Source: Octopus sinensis | Lineage: Eukaryota | Length of the DNA stretch: 36,381 bases | NCBI RefSeq assembly: GCF_006345805.1 | Contig: NW_021824694.1 | Location: forward strand, 1-36,381 | Reading direction: 5' to 3' | Shown: positions 33,201 to 36,381 of the stretch, one piece after another | How the letters are laid out: each line of letters starts with the position of its first letter | Numbering within the stretch: position 1 is the first letter of the stretch | Notes under the pieces: model-generated | Seen by the model: the letters and a program-made list of their open reading frames with translations, nothing else | Told to the model about the DNA's origin: nothing | Databases searched by the model: none | Position numbers and translations under genes: made by a program

Positions 33201-35542
33201 TGACCCTTAATTGTTTCTGTAGGGGTAATGTGACCCCTATATGATCAGAATCCCATCGACATATATCTGTGGCTGTAGACGGCAGAGATAATCTGGACAC
33301 AATGTCTCCTTCCTTAGAAATGTATAACAAGTAATCATGGTTGATATCGGACACCACTAGCTGTCCATTGGACAGATTACATATTTCGCCAATGACAAGT
33401 TTTTGGTCATTCTCCTTTTCATAGATTTAGATTTTTGAAAGAAGGATTTTTAATGGGTAAACAACAGCCAGACGACCGGTCTTGATACTTGTAAAGAAGA
33501 ACCCTGTTGAGTTGAGTGTCCGGGACATAAAGAGTTCCTTGGAAAACAGCAATGTGAGGGTGAACAGGGAAAGGCAGTTCCCACTGCCATTTCATTTCTC
33601 CATATAGATCGTAACATCTGAGAATAGAGTGTCTCCTGAAGAGGACATAGAAATAAACATTATCAGAGTAGATGTGATGAGGGTGGCCATAGAATGGAAG
33701 GTATTTTTGAAAAAGTTCTTCACCACATGTGGAATAAAATACCATTTTATTTTCGTTTCCATCTACGACTACAAAATTAATTGGAGTTGCAGCAATGCTG
33801 ACATTATGATGTCCCAGAGAAATTCTTTTTGCAATGTCAACTTTATCTTCATTGATCAATAGGATATGGACCTCGCTTTTGTTTTCAGTGGTGGTCACAG
33901 CCAGACACTTATTTGATACAATATGACATATTTTCATGTAACCAGTTTGCACCTTTATTAAAGGGCCTTTTCTTAGTTCAGGACAGGTGATATACTGAAA
34001 CCCTTTCATTTCACGATAAAAGACCAGGAATCTGTTTCTGTTTATTCTACAAAGTGCAGAAGGTGAAGAATTAAAAGTTATATAATTTTGGCTATTTTTT
34101 CCCTCAATATCAGAGAGTAATATAGCTTTCTTATTCCCGTAGAGCATTAATATGGAAGATGTTGACATAGGAAGAATATTTTTGACATTATAGAAATCCT
34201 CAATATATATATGGTTGATCAGACTGGGTGTACATAGCTGGTTGCTGTAAGACGGCTTGAACCAAAAATCTTTAGTTGTCCCTATATTATGCAGAACCCC
34301 AAAATAATCAGTCAAGAAAATAGTATCTGAGCAAACGCAAAAATACCGACATTTCATTCCAATTTCCCTCTTTGACACACCACCCTTACCTGAAATCCGA
34401 TAAATAATATGTCCCTGGAGGACATAAAAATGGTTTTGGTACACAGTGATGCTGGTTGGGAGATCCAGAGAATGGGTCTCTACCTCAAATATCTGCTGGC
34501 CATCCACATCGTAACAGGTAACTCTGTTAATATTAGCAAATGCTATTAACAGGTTACCTTGTGGACCAACAGCAATATCTGCAGGTATCTCTTTGCCAAT
34601 AAATTGAGTGATAATTCTATTATCTTCCCAATCAATGAGGAATATGGTCTTACCAAACAGTTCTACACCTATAAGCGTAGAATGTTCCAAATAAGAAACC
34701 AAGATTAATCCTAGCTGAATTCTTTTGATTTTAAAACTTAAAGGGTTGATAATAAGAATCATTTTTTTGAAGGGGAGGGTGGCCAGGACTGTGTCTTCAC
34801 TGATTCTAGTAAAATCAGTGACAGAAGATGAGCAATGAACTTCATTTCTGTTGCCGTCTCTTGTTATACAACATATTGTCATACAGTGGCGGGAATATGT
34901 TACAATACCCCCTTGTATGACAACAATATTGGATATGGGGTTGCTTAAGTCTTCACCAGATTCCTCAATCTTTGCTTCTCTGGTTACAACCGAAGAATGT
35001 GGCCGAAATTTCTTGATTATTTTTGGTGCCTCAATGATTTTGTGTTTGTCTTGCAAAACATTTGTCTTAATGTATTGTTCCAAAAAACATTCAAGTTTTC
35101 CTATAATACTAAAATCTTGGCTGTAATCATATTCCTTAATGTCTTTCTGCAAAATTTCTATTCTCTGTGTAAAATCTTTTAGAAAATTATTTTCATCCAA
35201 ACCAACACTTTTTAAAAAAGTACATATTTTTTCCCGAGAATTTATCAACAAATTAATTTTGTCTTCATAGGCATTGAACCTTGTATAATATACACGTTTG
35301 TCCAAAATATTTCGTCTTCCAATTATTTCCCAGTTTTTAGGGTCTCCTTTATGTCTTTTTTGTTTTGTTGTTGACTGAAATGAAGATCTTTTCTCGGACA
35401 TTTCTCTCCTTGAACCGTCATCTCTCTCATATTTACACCTTTTATTGTCAACTCCTTCTTCATCCCATTTTGGTGTCGAGTTCCTTAAAGCCCTTTTCAG
35501 AGGGATAAGTTTCCTTAAAGTATTTTCAGTCTGGTCTTCCAT
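30256..35542 (-). CDS. Paralog C: same family, ~1,764 aa if repaired; split into a 707-aa ORF and a ~1,030-1,055-aa ORF by an 8-nt deletion/stop at ~33419
   Basis: ORFs 35542-33419 and 33357-30256. Minus strand reads CTA TGA AAA GGA G where B reads CTA CGA CTC AAA GAA AAG GAG (net 8 nt lost); 5287+8=5295 nt is divisible by 3. Distinct basic/helical N-terminus; ends in the same ...PGRQSFAFFYFDK. Confidence 0.7.
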
Positions 35543-35549
35543 AGTGAAT

Positions 35550-35580
35550 CTGTAAAGAAATATAAGGAAAACATTTAGCT
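35550..35580 (-). promoter_or_regulatory. Putative 3' splice acceptor of the large exon of C
   Basis: Minus strand TTTCCTTATATTTCTTTACAG|ATTCACTATG; the AG is 7 nt before ATG 35542, implying at least one upstream exon. Confidence 0.65.
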
Positions 35581-35954
35581 TTGTGAAAATATTAAAGTTT
35601 CAGGGAGATGATGTTTGCTTCATCATTTGAAAAACACAAACAAAACATTTATGTATTTCTGTCAGTTAATTAATCTTGTCTAATTAATATTTAAACAACT
35701 TATTACAATCTATTCTAAGATGTCTTAATAAGTTTCATTAATTACATGGAGTCTAAATATTAGAAATAATTATTTTCACTGGAAATGATATTTGCTCTCA
35801 ACATCACAAAGAAATAGTCATGTGTGGCTTAGATTTATTTAACGATAATTAGTCAAAGAGATTCCCCTACTCCAAAAGTAAAGAAATCATTTAGCTTTGT
35901 GAAAATAATAAAGTTTCAGGGAAATTATCTTCACTTCATTGTTTTAAATACACC

Positions 35955-36283
35955 TGGCTTCCGTGCCGGTGGCATGTAAAAGACACCATTCGAGCGTGAT
36001 CGTTACCAGCATCGCCTTACTGGCACCTGTGCCGGTGGCATGTGTAAAAGATTCGAGCGAGGTCATTGCCAGTACTGCCTGACTGGCCCCATGCCGGTGA
36101 CACGTAAAAGCACCCACTACACTCTCGGAGTGGTTGGCGTTAGGAAGGGCATCTAGCTGTAGAAACTCTGTCAGATGAAGATTGAAGCCTGGTGCAGCCA
36201 TCTGGCTTGCCAGTCCTCAGTCAAATCGTCCAACCCATGCTAGCATGGAAAGCGGACGTTAAACGATGATGATGATAATGATG
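35955..36283 (+). mobile_element. (GAT)n-tailed retroposon with internal GCCGGTGGCA tandem repeats
   Basis: Same conserved tail as 1015-1229. Confidence 0.75.
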
Positions 36284-36381
36284 AAACTAAATATTTATGT
36301 ATTCCTATCAAAGATAGTCAAATTAACATTTAATCAACTTTTACAGTATAATACACAAAAACCGTTCGATTTACTTCAACA

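Overview
AT-rich, microsatellite- and transposon-dense eukaryotic DNA. The SINE, Helitron and Penelope repeat families look like those of octopus/coleoid cephalopods (recognised from memory, not searched). The non-repetitive content is a cluster of three paralogous genes, each with one uninterrupted ~5.3-5.4 kb coding exon: A (+, 5214-10590), B (+, 18670-24086) and C (-, 35542-30256). With frameshifts repaired, each encodes a ~1,760-1,805 aa protein: a short variable N-terminus plus about six tandem NHL/TolB-like beta-propeller modules, with no visible RING/B-box, signal peptide or TM segment. The copies are mosaics. A has B-type ends but C-type modules 1-2. Module 6 has a patch of almost purely non-synonymous change. 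B and C are each followed by an extra orphan copy of the last ~80 codons, and every stop codon is followed by an antisense tRNA-like element. Most frameshifts are 1-nt losses in short homopolymers and may be assembly errors; B's TGA and C's 8-nt deletion look real. Intergenic DNA holds tRNA-derived SINEs, a deleted Tc1 nested in a SINE, two non-autonomous Helitrons, an RTE-type LINE fragment, and Penelope-like remnants with hammerhead-ribozyme motifs, including a 323-bp palindrome with one hammerhead motif on each strand. No database searches were run; all alignments and counts are by eye.
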